Shown piece after piece: positions 49,639-60,300 of a stretch of 64,000 nt of DNA. Each line of letters begins with the position of its first letter. Position 1 is the first letter of the stretch. The stretch is from a bacterium (GTDB lineage: Bacteria > Bacillota_I > Bacilli_A > Mycoplasmatales > Mycoplasmoidaceae): contig JAFSMC010000003.1 of the NCBI GenBank assembly GCA_017448105.1, positions 7,360-71,359 on the forward strand, given 5' to 3'. The translations under genes and the position numbers were made by a program. The notes beneath the pieces were generated by a model. The model was not told the DNA's origin and searched no databases. It worked only from the letters and a program-made list of their open reading frames with translations.

Positions 49639-51730
49639 CTTTACTCCTATTTGGTTTTTTTCTACTAGACAAACTACGTTTCTTGTCAAGTGCTTCTTGA
49701 GGAAGTTTAAGTTTCTTATGGATGTAATCGATTTGTTTTTTAACAATTGTTTCAAGCAATAATAATGTTTCGACAATAAGTTCTAATTCTTTTTTGTTCT
49801 TAGTAACAATATCAATAGCTTTTTGATATTCCTGTTGAATAATTTTTTCAACTTCATGATCAATTTTTACTGCAGTATCTTCTGAATACAACTTTTGAGC
49901 AAAACTATTTTTCATTCCTACGCTTGGTACTAATTGAGTCATTCCAACTTCACTCATACCAAGCTGAGTAACCATACTTCTTACAATAGTTGAAACTTTA
50001 TATAAGTCATTAGCTGCTCCAGTTGAGATAGCTTGTGGCCCATATTCAACAAATTCAGCAGCCCTACCACCTAAAGTGGTTCTAACAATTGCTAATAAAT
50101 CAGTTTTTCTTTGAATAGATAATTCTTGCTTAGCAGGAGTTGAAATAGTATAACCAGCAGCAACCCCTCGAGGAATAATAGTAATTTTTTCTATTACATC
50201 TCCACCTTTACTATGTAAACCTACTAGAGCATGACCAGCTTCGTGATAAGCAATTTGTTTTCTTTCTTTATCAGTGATAATTCTTGTGTGTTTGGCTGGA
50301 CCAGCAATAACTCGATCAATCGCTTCATCAATTTCGTCCATAGTAATAGCAGTTTTATTTCTTCTTACAGTTAATAAAGTTGCTTCATTAAGAACATTTT
50401 CTAGTTGTGCACCAGAAAAACCTGGTGTTCTTCTGGCAATATCAGCTAGTTCTACTTTAGTGCTTAAATTCTTATTACGAGCATGAATTTTTAAGATTGC
50501 TTCACGTTCTTTAATATCAGGTAAGTTAACTTGAATGTGTCTATCAAATCTACCTGGTCTTAAAATTGCTTCATCTAATGCTTCAAGACGGTTAGTAGCA
50601 GCCATAATTACTACACCAGTTTTAGTATTAAATCCATCCATTTCAGCAAGTAGTTGGTTGATGGTTTGATCAGCAATACCACCGCCACCACCAATAATGT
50701 CAGCACGACCCCGTTTACTTGCTACAGAATCAATTTCATCAATAAAGATTATTGATGGAGCAGCTTTTTTAGCACGGTTAAATAAATCTCTTACTCTTTT
50801 TGCTCCTACTCCTACTAACATATCTTCAAAACCAGAACCACTTACTTGAAAAAAAGGGACCTTAGCTTCTCCAGCCACTGCTTTAGCTAATAAGGTTTTT
50901 CCTGTTCCGGGTGGACCATAAAGCAAGACACCTCTAGGGGTTCTTGCTCCCATTGCTGCATACTTTTCAGGATTTTTTAAGTAATCGACAATTTCAATTA
51001 ATTCATTCTTTTCTTCTTCTATTCCAGCAACATCAGAAAATTTAACACTACTTCTAACAATTTTAGCTTGGCTACGGCCTATACCAAAAATAGATTCTTC
51101 TCCTTGACCCATCATACCCATAGCTGACATTCTTGATAATCTTGATAAATATCAAGCAATGATAAGAATTCAGATTAATGAAGGTAATAAATTAAGAATG
51201 ATGTATAAGATATCAACTTCTTTTTTAACTGGTCTAGCATTAGCTTGGACTTTAAAAAATCAATCTGAATCTCCATTTTCAAAACGTTGGCCATTAATAT
51301 AACAACCTTTTAACTCACTTTCATCATCAAAATATAAAGTAAGTTTAAACTCAATTACTGGTCCATTCATTGTTGGAGTGATAACTTGTAATTGTTTTTC
51401 ATGAGCCAAACCATCTGAGCCAATACCAAGATAATATGCTTCAACATTGTCATAGTTTTTTAGATTTACTTTATATGAAAAATTATCATTAGTACTTGGT
51501 TTTAATTCAAGGACCTGACTATTACTATCCACAGTTGCAGAAGCAACAGGAATTGATACATATTTAGGTGAACAACTTCAAACAATTAAAGCAATGATTG
51601 CAACTAGAATAAGCAAAATCATTGACAACTTAACAATAGATTTAGTCCGTTTATTCTTGGCATCAATATCGATTGTCTTATCAGGGTTGTTTTTTTCTTT
51701 TTTAGTAGTATTTAGATTTTCATTTTCCAT
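49631..51730 (-). CDS. ftsH: ATP-dependent zinc metalloprotease FtsH
   Basis: [24 protein letters not shown]. Two TM helices flank an extracytoplasmic domain of about 130 aa. 699 aa. Overlaps the glyQS start by 8 nt. Confidence 0.95.
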
Positions 51731-51809
51731 AGTAGTCTTCCATGTTTTTACATGGTTATTATTATATATTTATTAAAGAATAAATATAAATTAGGCAAAT
51801 ATTGAAACC

Positions 51810-52397
51810 TTAACCTAATAAAAGATAGTTGTCTTGAAGCTTAGTAAACAAATACATAGCAAACCGTTTTTCTTGTTGTGGTAATAAACCTATATGTACC
51901 TCTACTTTTGAAGAATGGAAGATTTTCTTAACAATACTTTTGTTAAAACCATGTTGTAGATTTTTTAATTCATTTAAACTAACAATGACTTTGTATAAAT
52001 TAACTAAACAACCATTAACTAACTTAGCTCGTTTAATGGTTTGATTAGCTAAATTGCTAAAGCAATCTTTAAGGTTTTTAGTGCCAAATTTAATTCCGCC
52101 AAAATATCTAACAATAATAATTAAACTACAACTTAATTTATTGGCCCTCATAGCTAAATAAATAGGTAATCCAGCAGTTTTATTAGGTTCACCACCATCA
52201 CTATAGTAATAAGTTTCTTGATTATTACCTAGAATATAAGCATAACAAAGATGAGTAGCATCTTTGTATTTAGTTTTATATTCTTTGACTTTTTGTTTGG
52301 CTTCAGTTTCATTAGCAACTTTAAAGCCAAAACAATAAAATTTAGACTTTAAAATAGTAGTCTTAAATTCATACAAAGTTTGGAAAGTCTTAAACAT
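51810..52397 (-). CDS. yigZ: YigZ/IMPACT-family protein
   Basis: DATHLCYAY...DGGEPNKTAGLPI...VRYFGGIKFG. Confidence 0.8.
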   Translation of the reverse strand: MFKTFQTLYEFKTTILKSKFYCFGFKVANETEAKQKVKEYKTKYKDATHLCYAYILGNNQETYYYSDGGEPNKTAGLPIYLAMRANKLSCSLIIIVRYFGGIKFGTKNLKDCFSNLANQTIKRAKLVNGCLVNLYKVIVSLNELKNLQHGFNKSIVKKIFHSSKVEVHIGLLPQQEKRFAMYLFTKLQDNYLLLG

Positions 52398-52406
52398 CTA
52401 TTTTCT

Positions 52407-53366
52407 TCAAGAAGCGACAATTTGAGCAGCAGTAATGTAACTTGTACCAATGACATCTTCTACTGTTGCCCCCCTTGATAAGTCATTAACTGGTGCTGCT
52501 AGACCAATTAAAACTGGTCCAAAGGCATCATAGTGACCCATTCTTTGAGCAATCTTACAACCAATGTTTCCTGCATCTATATTTGGAAACATAAAAATAT
52601 TTGGTTTTTCTTTTCATGGACAAGCTTTGGCTTTTTTAGCTCTTACTCGATCATCGTAAGCGGCATCAAATTGCATTTCACCAAAAATTTCATATTGATC
52701 ACTTTTAGTAATTTGAGCCATAGCTTGTTGTACTTTAGTTACTGAATCACCAACACCAGAACCACAAGTTGAATAACTTAATAAAGCACATCTTGGCTTA
52801 TTAACTCCTAAAATACCTTTAGCAAATTGGCAAGCCATAACTGCCATATTCGCTAAATCTTCAGCTGTAGGGTTGATATTAATTGCACAATCACTAAATA
52901 TGACTTGTTCATTTTCTTTTTCCATAATAAAAACTGATGAAACTAGTTTTGCACCAGGAGCAGTTTTTAAAATTTGTATAGCTGGTTTTAAAGTGTCTTT
53001 AGTCGTGTAATCAATTCCACATATTTCCCCATCAACTTCATTACTTTTGACAAGTAATGGACATAAGTAATTTGATTGTTTAACAAGCTCTCTAGCTTGT
53101 TCAATAGTCATACCTTTTTGTTTTCTTAATTCGTATAGTAAAGATGCATATTTATTTAAATCTATTGAATCAATAGCAATAGTTTTGAATGGGAAATTAT
53201 TGGGAATGGATTGTTTAGTTTTGAAAACAAGAATTGGTTCTATTTCTTTACTAACAATTTTTACTGCTTCTTGGATATAAGCATTATCTCCTTCAGCATA
53301 AACAATTCTTGGTTTTTTATTACTTTTAATTATCATTTGTTTAAGATGTTCAATTAATTTAGACAT
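52407..53366 (-). CDS. pta: phosphate acetyltransferase
   Basis: Two same-frame ORFs joined by TGA (319 aa). IVYAEGDN..., ...FPNIDAGNIGCKIAQR. Confidence 0.9.
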
Positions 53367-53558
53367 ACTGATGTTTTCCTCTAATATTTTGTTTAGTTGA
53401 ATTATATAGAAATAAAAATTTTAAAAAAATTGTTTTTTACAGCACACATAAAACACAAATTTTGTAAGAAAATTTTAAATACTAAAGCGCCAAGACATAT
53501 TGATTTGATTGTAAATTACATCAACCCACAAGTGATCTTTTTTTTCAAATAAATAAAA

Positions 53559-53588
53559 TTTGGTGCAGCATGCACAAGTTACACCAAA
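53559..53588 (-). terminator. intrinsic terminator after the pentapeptide-repeat locus
   Basis: TTTGGTG...CACCAAA stem with inner GTGCA-tgc-TGCAC, followed on the minus strand by TTTTATTTATTT. Confidence 0.5.
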
Positions 53589-53654
53589 CTTTAAAAATGT
53601 TAATGATGACTTTATCCGTAAATCTAGGTGGTAACTTTAAACCGCGCCAAACTA

Positions 53655-54195
53655 TTAATTAACTATTACACAATGCAGTTTACAATTATCATTTATTGTA
53701 TGTAAACCTTGACAATGTTCAAATCTACAATTGCTAAATAAACAATGTATTCCAACCGCAACATTTGTAAAGTTAATGTGTGAAAATACACATTCTATAC
53801 AAGTAGTTATTGGCAAAAATATAGCGGTCAAATTGCAGTTAACAAAACTACACTTATCAAACTTTGTATTGGCTAATGATGCTCTTGCAAAATTACAATT
53901 ATGAAAATAAACTTCTTTGAAATCACAAGAATCAAACTTAGAATCTTGGAAATTTACATTTTTGAAATAAACCATATCTGGTAAATCACCTTTTTCTAAT
54001 ACTAGAACCAAAATCAATTGATAAACCTTTTAAAACAAGCTTAATAAAGTCAACATTGTTAAGTTCTTTATTTTCAACTATACATTTTGTTTCCTTAAAA
54101 TCAAGGGCTAATGGTGGTCTTTCTTCGTCATAAATATTGTATGAAATACTTGAAAAGAAATTAATATCACCATAAAATAAATCTATATGTCTCAT
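53655..54195 (-). pseudogene. pentapeptide-repeat protein locus: two overlapping frames (ATG 54195 to TAA 53938; TTG 54017/ATG 53976 to TAA 53655) related by 1 nt in an A5 run
   Basis: The downstream frame shows about 17 consecutive pentads with F/L in register (FKNVN FQDSK FDSCD FKEVY FHNCN ...). Removing one A at 53991-53995 fuses the frames and keeps the register. Confidence 0.55.
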
Positions 54196-54523
54196 AACTA
54201 ATTTTCCTTCATATTACTTATATTTTAAAGCACTATCTCAAAGTATACACAATAAATATTAACTTAATTTTGTAAAGTTAATAAATCAATACTTACCATG
54301 TTTATTTTCTTTGATTATTTAGATGATAAATAACATAAAGATTGTGAAGAATGCAAAAATTTATACAATTAATTCAAGACGAAAATGAAGTTATAAAGAT
54401 GTGTAAAAATATTCGTAAAATTTATAATGAAATAGTTAAATAGATAGTTTTTGCTAAAAAAATAAATCCGATATAACGCAAAATTAATCGCTACCATTTA
54501 CCCTATAATATTATCCAATTATT

Positions 54524-54970
54524 ATGAAGTTAATTAATGCCATTTTCCCAGGTACTTTTGATCCCATTCATAAAGGGCACTTAGATATTATTAAAAGAAC
54601 CAGTAAATTGTTTAACAAAATCTATATAGTTGTTTCTATAAACATCTATAAAAAGGATGCTGCAAAATTAGAAAAACGCTATCAAGATGTTGCTAAACAA
54701 GTCAAAAAACTAAAACTTAAAAATGTTTTTGTTATTAAAAATACTGGTTTAGTAGTAAATATTGCTAAAAAGTATGATTGTAAAGTAATTATTAGAGCAA
54801 TTAGAAATGCTAAAGATGCTTTGGAAGAAATAAATATCGCTAAAGTTAATAATTATCTTGCAAAGCATCTAGAAACTATATTAGTATTGCCTAAGCAAGA
54901 ACTTATTAATCTTTCTTCAACAAGTATTAGGTTCTTAAGAGATACTAAAAAACGTTTTATTAAGAAATAG
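54524..54970 (+). CDS. coaD: phosphopantetheine adenylyltransferase
   Basis: AIFPGTFDPIHKGHLDII. Confidence 0.9.
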   Translation: MKLINAIFPGTFDPIHKGHLDIIKRTSKLFNKIYIVVSINIYKKDAAKLEKRYQDVAKQVKKLKLKNVFVIKNTGLVVNIAKKYDCKVIIRAIRNAKDALEEINIAKVNNYLAKHLETILVLPKQELINLSSTSIRFLRDTKKRFIKK

Positions 54971-54972
54971 TT

Positions 54973-55803
54973 ATGCCAGAATATCCTGAAATTCATACAC
55001 TTATTTCTACTTTAAACAAACAATGTTTGTTTAACAATAAAATAGTTAACATCAAATATCTTGATGATAAGGTCTTAAAAAATTGTAATCAAGAACAATT
55101 TAATCAGTTTTTAATTAACCATTGTTTTACAAAAATTTCACAATTAGGTAAATACATTATTTTCCATTTAGATCGTGATAAATATTTAGTTGCTCATATG
55201 CGAATGGAAGGAAAACTATTCTTTGTCAAAAGTAATGAACCAGCAACTAAATTTAGTATGTTAGAAATTTATTTCGCTAACAAACATAAACTTATTTATG
55301 AAGATTTTAGAAAGTTTGGTTCATTTACTATTTATCAAAATAAAGACGAATATTTACAATCTAAAGAAATCAGCAAATTAGGTTTAGAATTAAATGATCC
55401 AAAACTAACTGCTGATTATTTATTAAAACGATATAAAAATAGAAATATTGCTATTAAAACATGTTTACTTGATCAAACTATTTTTACTGGTTTAGGGAAC
55501 ATTTATGCTGATGAAGTATTATTTGCATGTAGAATTAACCCTTTAACAAAAGCTAAACAAATTACTTATAAACAATGCCAAAATATTCTTAAACAAGCAA
55601 GAATGATTGTTCAAAAAGCCATTAAAGCTCATGGAACTACTGTTTTTAGTTATAAATTTGCTCCTAACCACTCAGGAAGTTATCAAAAATACTTACAAGC
55701 TTATGGTCGAAAAAACCAACCATGCTTACGTTGTAAAACATTAATGAAGAAAATTAAACTTAATGGACGGGGAACAACCTTTTGCCCTAAATGTCAAAAG
55801 TAA
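54973..55803 (+). CDS. mutM: formamidopyrimidine-DNA glycosylase
   Basis: MPEYPEI N-terminus with catalytic Pro2. C-terminal zinc finger CLRC...CPKC. Confidence 0.9.
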   Translation: MPEYPEIHTLISTLNKQCLFNNKIVNIKYLDDKVLKNCNQEQFNQFLINHCFTKISQLGKYIIFHLDRDKYLVAHMRMEGKLFFVKSNEPATKFSMLEIYFANKHKLIYEDFRKFGSFTIYQNKDEYLQSKEISKLGLELNDPKLTADYLLKRYKNRNIAIKTCLLDQTIFTGLGNIYADEVLFACRINPLTKAKQITYKQCQNILKQARMIVQKAIKAHGTTVFSYKFAPNHSGSYQKYLQAYGRKNQPCLRCKTLMKKIKLNGRGTTFCPKCQK

Positions 55804-55806
55804 AAA

Positions 55807-57339
55807 CTATTGTTCACTTCATTGCAATTGTGAAACATTTTTAGGATTTTTGTTCATTTTATCACTAACAATTGTTCCAGAATTAACTTTTATTACCCTT
55901 GTGGCAAGATCAGTAAAAATATGGTTGTGAGTAATCATAATAATAGTGGTATGAAACTTCTTATTAATATCAACAAATAATTGTAAGATTTGTTTGGCCA
56001 TAGGTTCATCCACTGCTCCAGTGGGTTCGTCAGCAAAGATGATTGCTGGATTTTTAGCTAAACTTCTGGCAATTGCTACTCTTTGTTGTTGCCCTCCAGA
56101 TAGTTCAAAAGGAAATTTATCAGCATTTTCATAGATACAAACAGTTTTTAATAAACTGTCAATATCATTTCTTTTTTTAACATCAGATTGTAATTGTCAA
56201 CCAATTTCAACATTTTCTCTAACAGTTAAATTTGGCAATAAACCATATTGTTGGAAGATATAGCCAATATTTTCTTTTCTAAATTTAGTTAATTGATCAT
56301 CAGATTTAGCTAATAAATTTTGCTTATTAACAATAATATTTCCATAAGTTGGACTATCCATACCAGAAATTAAATTTAATAAAGTGGTTTTACCTGAACC
56401 TGATGGACCTAAAATAATCACAAATTCACCAGGTTTAATCTTTAGATTAACATTTTTTAAAACTTTAGTTGCTAATCACTTATTGTAATAGTATTTAGTA
56501 ACATTTTGTAATTCAATAATGTATTCTGATGAACTAGATTTTTTTATTTGTTCAGGATTAATTTTAGTTTTTCTGACCGCATTATCAAGGCGTTTAACTA
56601 ATTTAGCATGAATAGATTCTCTACTAGCATTAACTATTTGTTGATGTAATACTAAACTATTTTCAAGATCATTTTTATTTTTAACTAAGTATTCATTTAG
56701 TTTTTTTTGTTTTTTATAGTAAGGAGTTGCATTTAATCCTCTATTAGAATCAAATGCTCCAGATTTAATGTTTTCTAAGACTTCTTTATTAAAAAGCAAA
56801 ACATTATAATTTTGTTCATTTTTAATTAATTTATTCAAATTTGTCATTGAGGGATCAACAATAAATTGACCATTTTCTAAAGCAGTAATAATATTAAATA
56901 GTTCTTGAGCAGTTAATTTATTGTGTTTATTGGATGCACAATTATGATCAAAAATTAATTGAACATTAATTTTAGCAATTTTGCTTTTTATACGTAAAAC
57001 TTGCTTAACTTGATTATTAATTAATTTTAATAATTTTTTCTTTTTGTTAAATATTGCTAGATTAGTGATACTTTCACATTCTTTATAAAAAGTGTTAAAG
57101 CTTTGCAAGAAGTGTTGTTCATCCACTAAAGAATCTTGCAATAAAGTAAGTTTCTTAACTAAAGCTATCATTTTTTTCTTTTTTAATGAATCAGGAATTT
57201 TAGATAGATCAGTTAAATCACTTGGAGTGGATAAAAACTCTTGAGATTGCTTGGCAATACCAACAAGTGATTTACTAATTAATCCAATGCTATTATTAAC
57301 ATTAATTTTGTTATTATTTTTAATATTGTTCATAATCAT
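55807..57339 (-). CDS. ABC transporter ATP-binding protein (MacB/LolD type) with a non-membrane N-terminal extension of about 285 aa
   Basis: One frame of 510 codons. [25 protein letters not shown] in the C-terminal half. The junction ...[14 protein letters not shown] is a TGA, not a stop. Confidence 0.85.
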
Positions 57340-57348
57340 TTATCCTTA

Positions 57349-60300
57349 TTATTCAATTTTTAAATTGTCAACAAGTCTTTCCTTTCTTAATACAACATAT
57401 CCATAAACATATGAGCAAACAAATGTTAAAGAAATGGCTCCAAATGAAGCTATATAGTGTCATCATGCGGGAATAGAATAAACTAAGAGATTGGTTGTTT
57501 GAATAATTACTGCATTATATGCTAAACATATTCCATAGGCTATTGGCATAGCTAGCAATAGACCAATAGCAATTACTGGAATATAGATAGATAGGAAATT
57601 TGATGCATTTTGTCGGTTGTTATAACCTAAAGCTTTAAGCATCATCGCTTTCTTCTTACTGTCATCAATAATTAAATTAGAAATCAAGATAATAATAACA
57701 ATTGCAATTGGAATGATAGTTGCTAAGATAGCATTAGTAATAGTATTAAAAGTAGTAATCAGATTATCATAAACTTGATCTAAAGCATGACTATCAATAG
57801 CACCATTAATTGAAGTAACTACAGTTGTTGGACCATAAACACTAACAAGTTTATCAATAAATTGGTTAATCTTTTGATCTCTTTCATCAGCAGTAAATTG
57901 TTGAGAAGAAGAAGCTTCAGATAAAACCATATCTTTGGCTAAATCATAAATTTCTGAATCATTTAGTCCAGATAAAAAATTAGCAAGAGCTAAATTATTA
58001 TTTTGCTTTAGAATCTCAGCAAATTTGTTAGATTCAGAAGTGGAACTAAATGTTGATATTCCAGGATACATCCCAGTATAAGAATACAAAGACAATACAT
58101 TGGTATTTGGTTTACCTTCTATTTGAGTAGTAAAGACACCATTAAAGCCAATAGGAACATTACAATTAGTAATAGCTCTAAGAGATTTTTGGACATCTTC
58201 ATATAGTTCTGCTTGCATACTATTTTTGTCTTTGTTAAAACGATATATTGTGTATTTATCATCTTTTTCATCTCTTGCTAAGTCTAAAAGTGCTGGTAAA
58301 TTTTCTTCAGAACCATAATCAGGAGCTTCTTTACCCCATGACTCTGGTGCACCATTTTCATCAATTTTTTCAGTCCAAATAACATATTTATGCGTTTTGT
58401 TTCATGATTTACCATCAGGTAAACCTAATAATTTATTTGCTATATATTGAGAAGTATAAAATTTTTCATTGGCTGTTCCTTTGGTAATACCAACAATTCT
58501 AAATTTAGCAAAATTATCGTTTGGTTGTTGTTGGATTTGTTTTTCAAAACGGTCAACAGTATTAGTAATATTAACTTCTATTGTATTACCTACATGTAAG
58601 TTATACTTATGGGCAACAAAGGAATTAATAATTAATGGTCAGCCATTTGTTTGATTTTGAATAGTTTTATCAACAAGTAAATGTTTTAAATCATTATTGT
58701 TCCCATCAAGCAAAGAAACATATTGACTATTATCATTAAGACCAACAATACTTATTTCTTTATTAGAGTCAAAATGGTAATTAGAATCCATTTGGCCAAT
58801 CTTAGCATTGATATATGTATAAGTTTCATCATGTTTAGTATTAGCATCTCAATTTAAAGGAATTGTTCCACCATAATTAATTGGATATTCTAATTTACAT
58901 AATTCAGGATCTGAATACATGGTCAAAAGTAATTGTAAAAATTCATGGTTGAAACCTAATCGTGCTGTTTCATATTCGAATGCATTTTTAATTTCAGTTT
59001 CATTTTTGTAATATTTAATATTACTTGTAATCAAACCGGTAATATCTTTATTTAAAGCATATTTTACTTGTTGATCATTATTAGTTGTGTTTGTAAATGG
59101 ATAAATATATTTTGAATAAGCATTTATGTGTGATAAGACGTCATAATAATTTGTTCCATCATATTCCCAGCTAGTCACATCATCTTCTTGACCAGAAACA
59201 TAATCTTTTGATAATATAGGCAAGTATCATTTTTCACCAGGTTTAGCAGCAGCAATTTTTTCCCCTGCCTTTTGAATAACAGCATCAAAAGAAGATTGTG
59301 CTAGATTACGATTATTTGTTGGCATTAAAGCTAAAGCAATTTCTCATGAATTTGCAAACATTTTTCCACCAAATATCCCTAAATCCATCCCAACATCATA
59401 ATCTAAAATGGTTTGTGAAGAAAAACGATCTTTTAAATAAAATAAGTCTTGATTTTGACCCTCTGAATCACCAAAAGTAATAAAGAAAAAGTTTGGTCTA
59501 TCATATTTTTTTAATAAATTTTGATATAAATCTTTTGGATCTTGTGAAAAGTTAATTTCTTTTTCTGTTAGTTTTGTACTAGAATTTTTTTCATTTTTAT
59601 CACCATAAACCATTAGTTTTCTTTTCTTTGAATAACTGTTAATCATAGTTAAACCTGGAAGGTTGTAAGGTTTTATCATTTGGGCTGGAGTTTGATCAAT
59701 TGATGGAATGGTAGTATTAAAAATATAGTTTTTAGGGTCTGCCTTACCAAAACCTGTTTCATTATCATCACTAATCCAATCGTATGAATCATAATTACCA
59801 CCTGAAGAAGTTGGGGTAGCTAATTGTATTGCATAGTTATATGAATATAAACTACTATCTGCTAAATGTGATTCATTTAACTTATTAAATGTTGAAATGG
59901 CAAAAGTTAGTGAACTCATAGCAATTGTAGAAACTAATGTTAAAACAGCTAAACGTCATATAGAACTAAAAGCTAAGGATGCTCTAAATCTAGTTAAAAT
60001 ATCAAAGCGTTTAAATGGTTGTTTAACTAATTGACTAATTGCATTAGTTTTATATTCACTACCACTAGTAATCAAATTTTTTGCATTATTTTTTAATAAA
60101 TTGAAAGTAACAAAAAATGATATCAAACTAAAACAGATGAATGGAATAATAATACAAGCTAATAATGAAAATAAATTGAAACTTAAAATTGGTGTAGGCA
60201 GTGTTCAATAAGTAGAAAAAATATTAATCGTTGTTATTTGCGAGAACAATGAAAAAAAGTAAGCAATAGCTCCACCAAAAATAGCTGGCAAAAGAGCAAA

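Noticed and set aside
49639-49776. N-terminal extension of glyQS suggested by track ORF 49489-49776 ([10 protein letters not shown]...)
   Set aside because: The extension lies inside the ftsH coding region. The conserved GlyRS N-terminus begins at the internal [13 protein letters not shown] (ATG 49638).
51740-51755. Hairpin CCATGT-tttt-ACATGG 10 nt upstream of the ftsH start
   Set aside because: It is only 6 bp with no T-run on the transcribed strand. It could modulate the ftsH SD, but the evidence is too thin to call.
53491-53650. Two GC-rich islands sharing GCGCCAA (AAAGCGCCAAGAC / AACCGCGCCAAAC) in the 288-nt pta-upstream spacer, considered as a structured small RNA or repeat
   Set aside because: Only 7 nt are shared and I could not draw a convincing extended pairing. 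The spacer is adequately explained by a terminator (53559-53588) plus the pta promoter.
54351-54443. 30-codon ORF (MQKFIQLIQDENEVIKMCKNIRKIYNEIVK) in the 328-nt intergenic region between the pentapeptide locus and coaD
   Set aside because: No SD and no recognisable family, and such ORFs occur by chance. The region more likely just holds the two divergent promoters.
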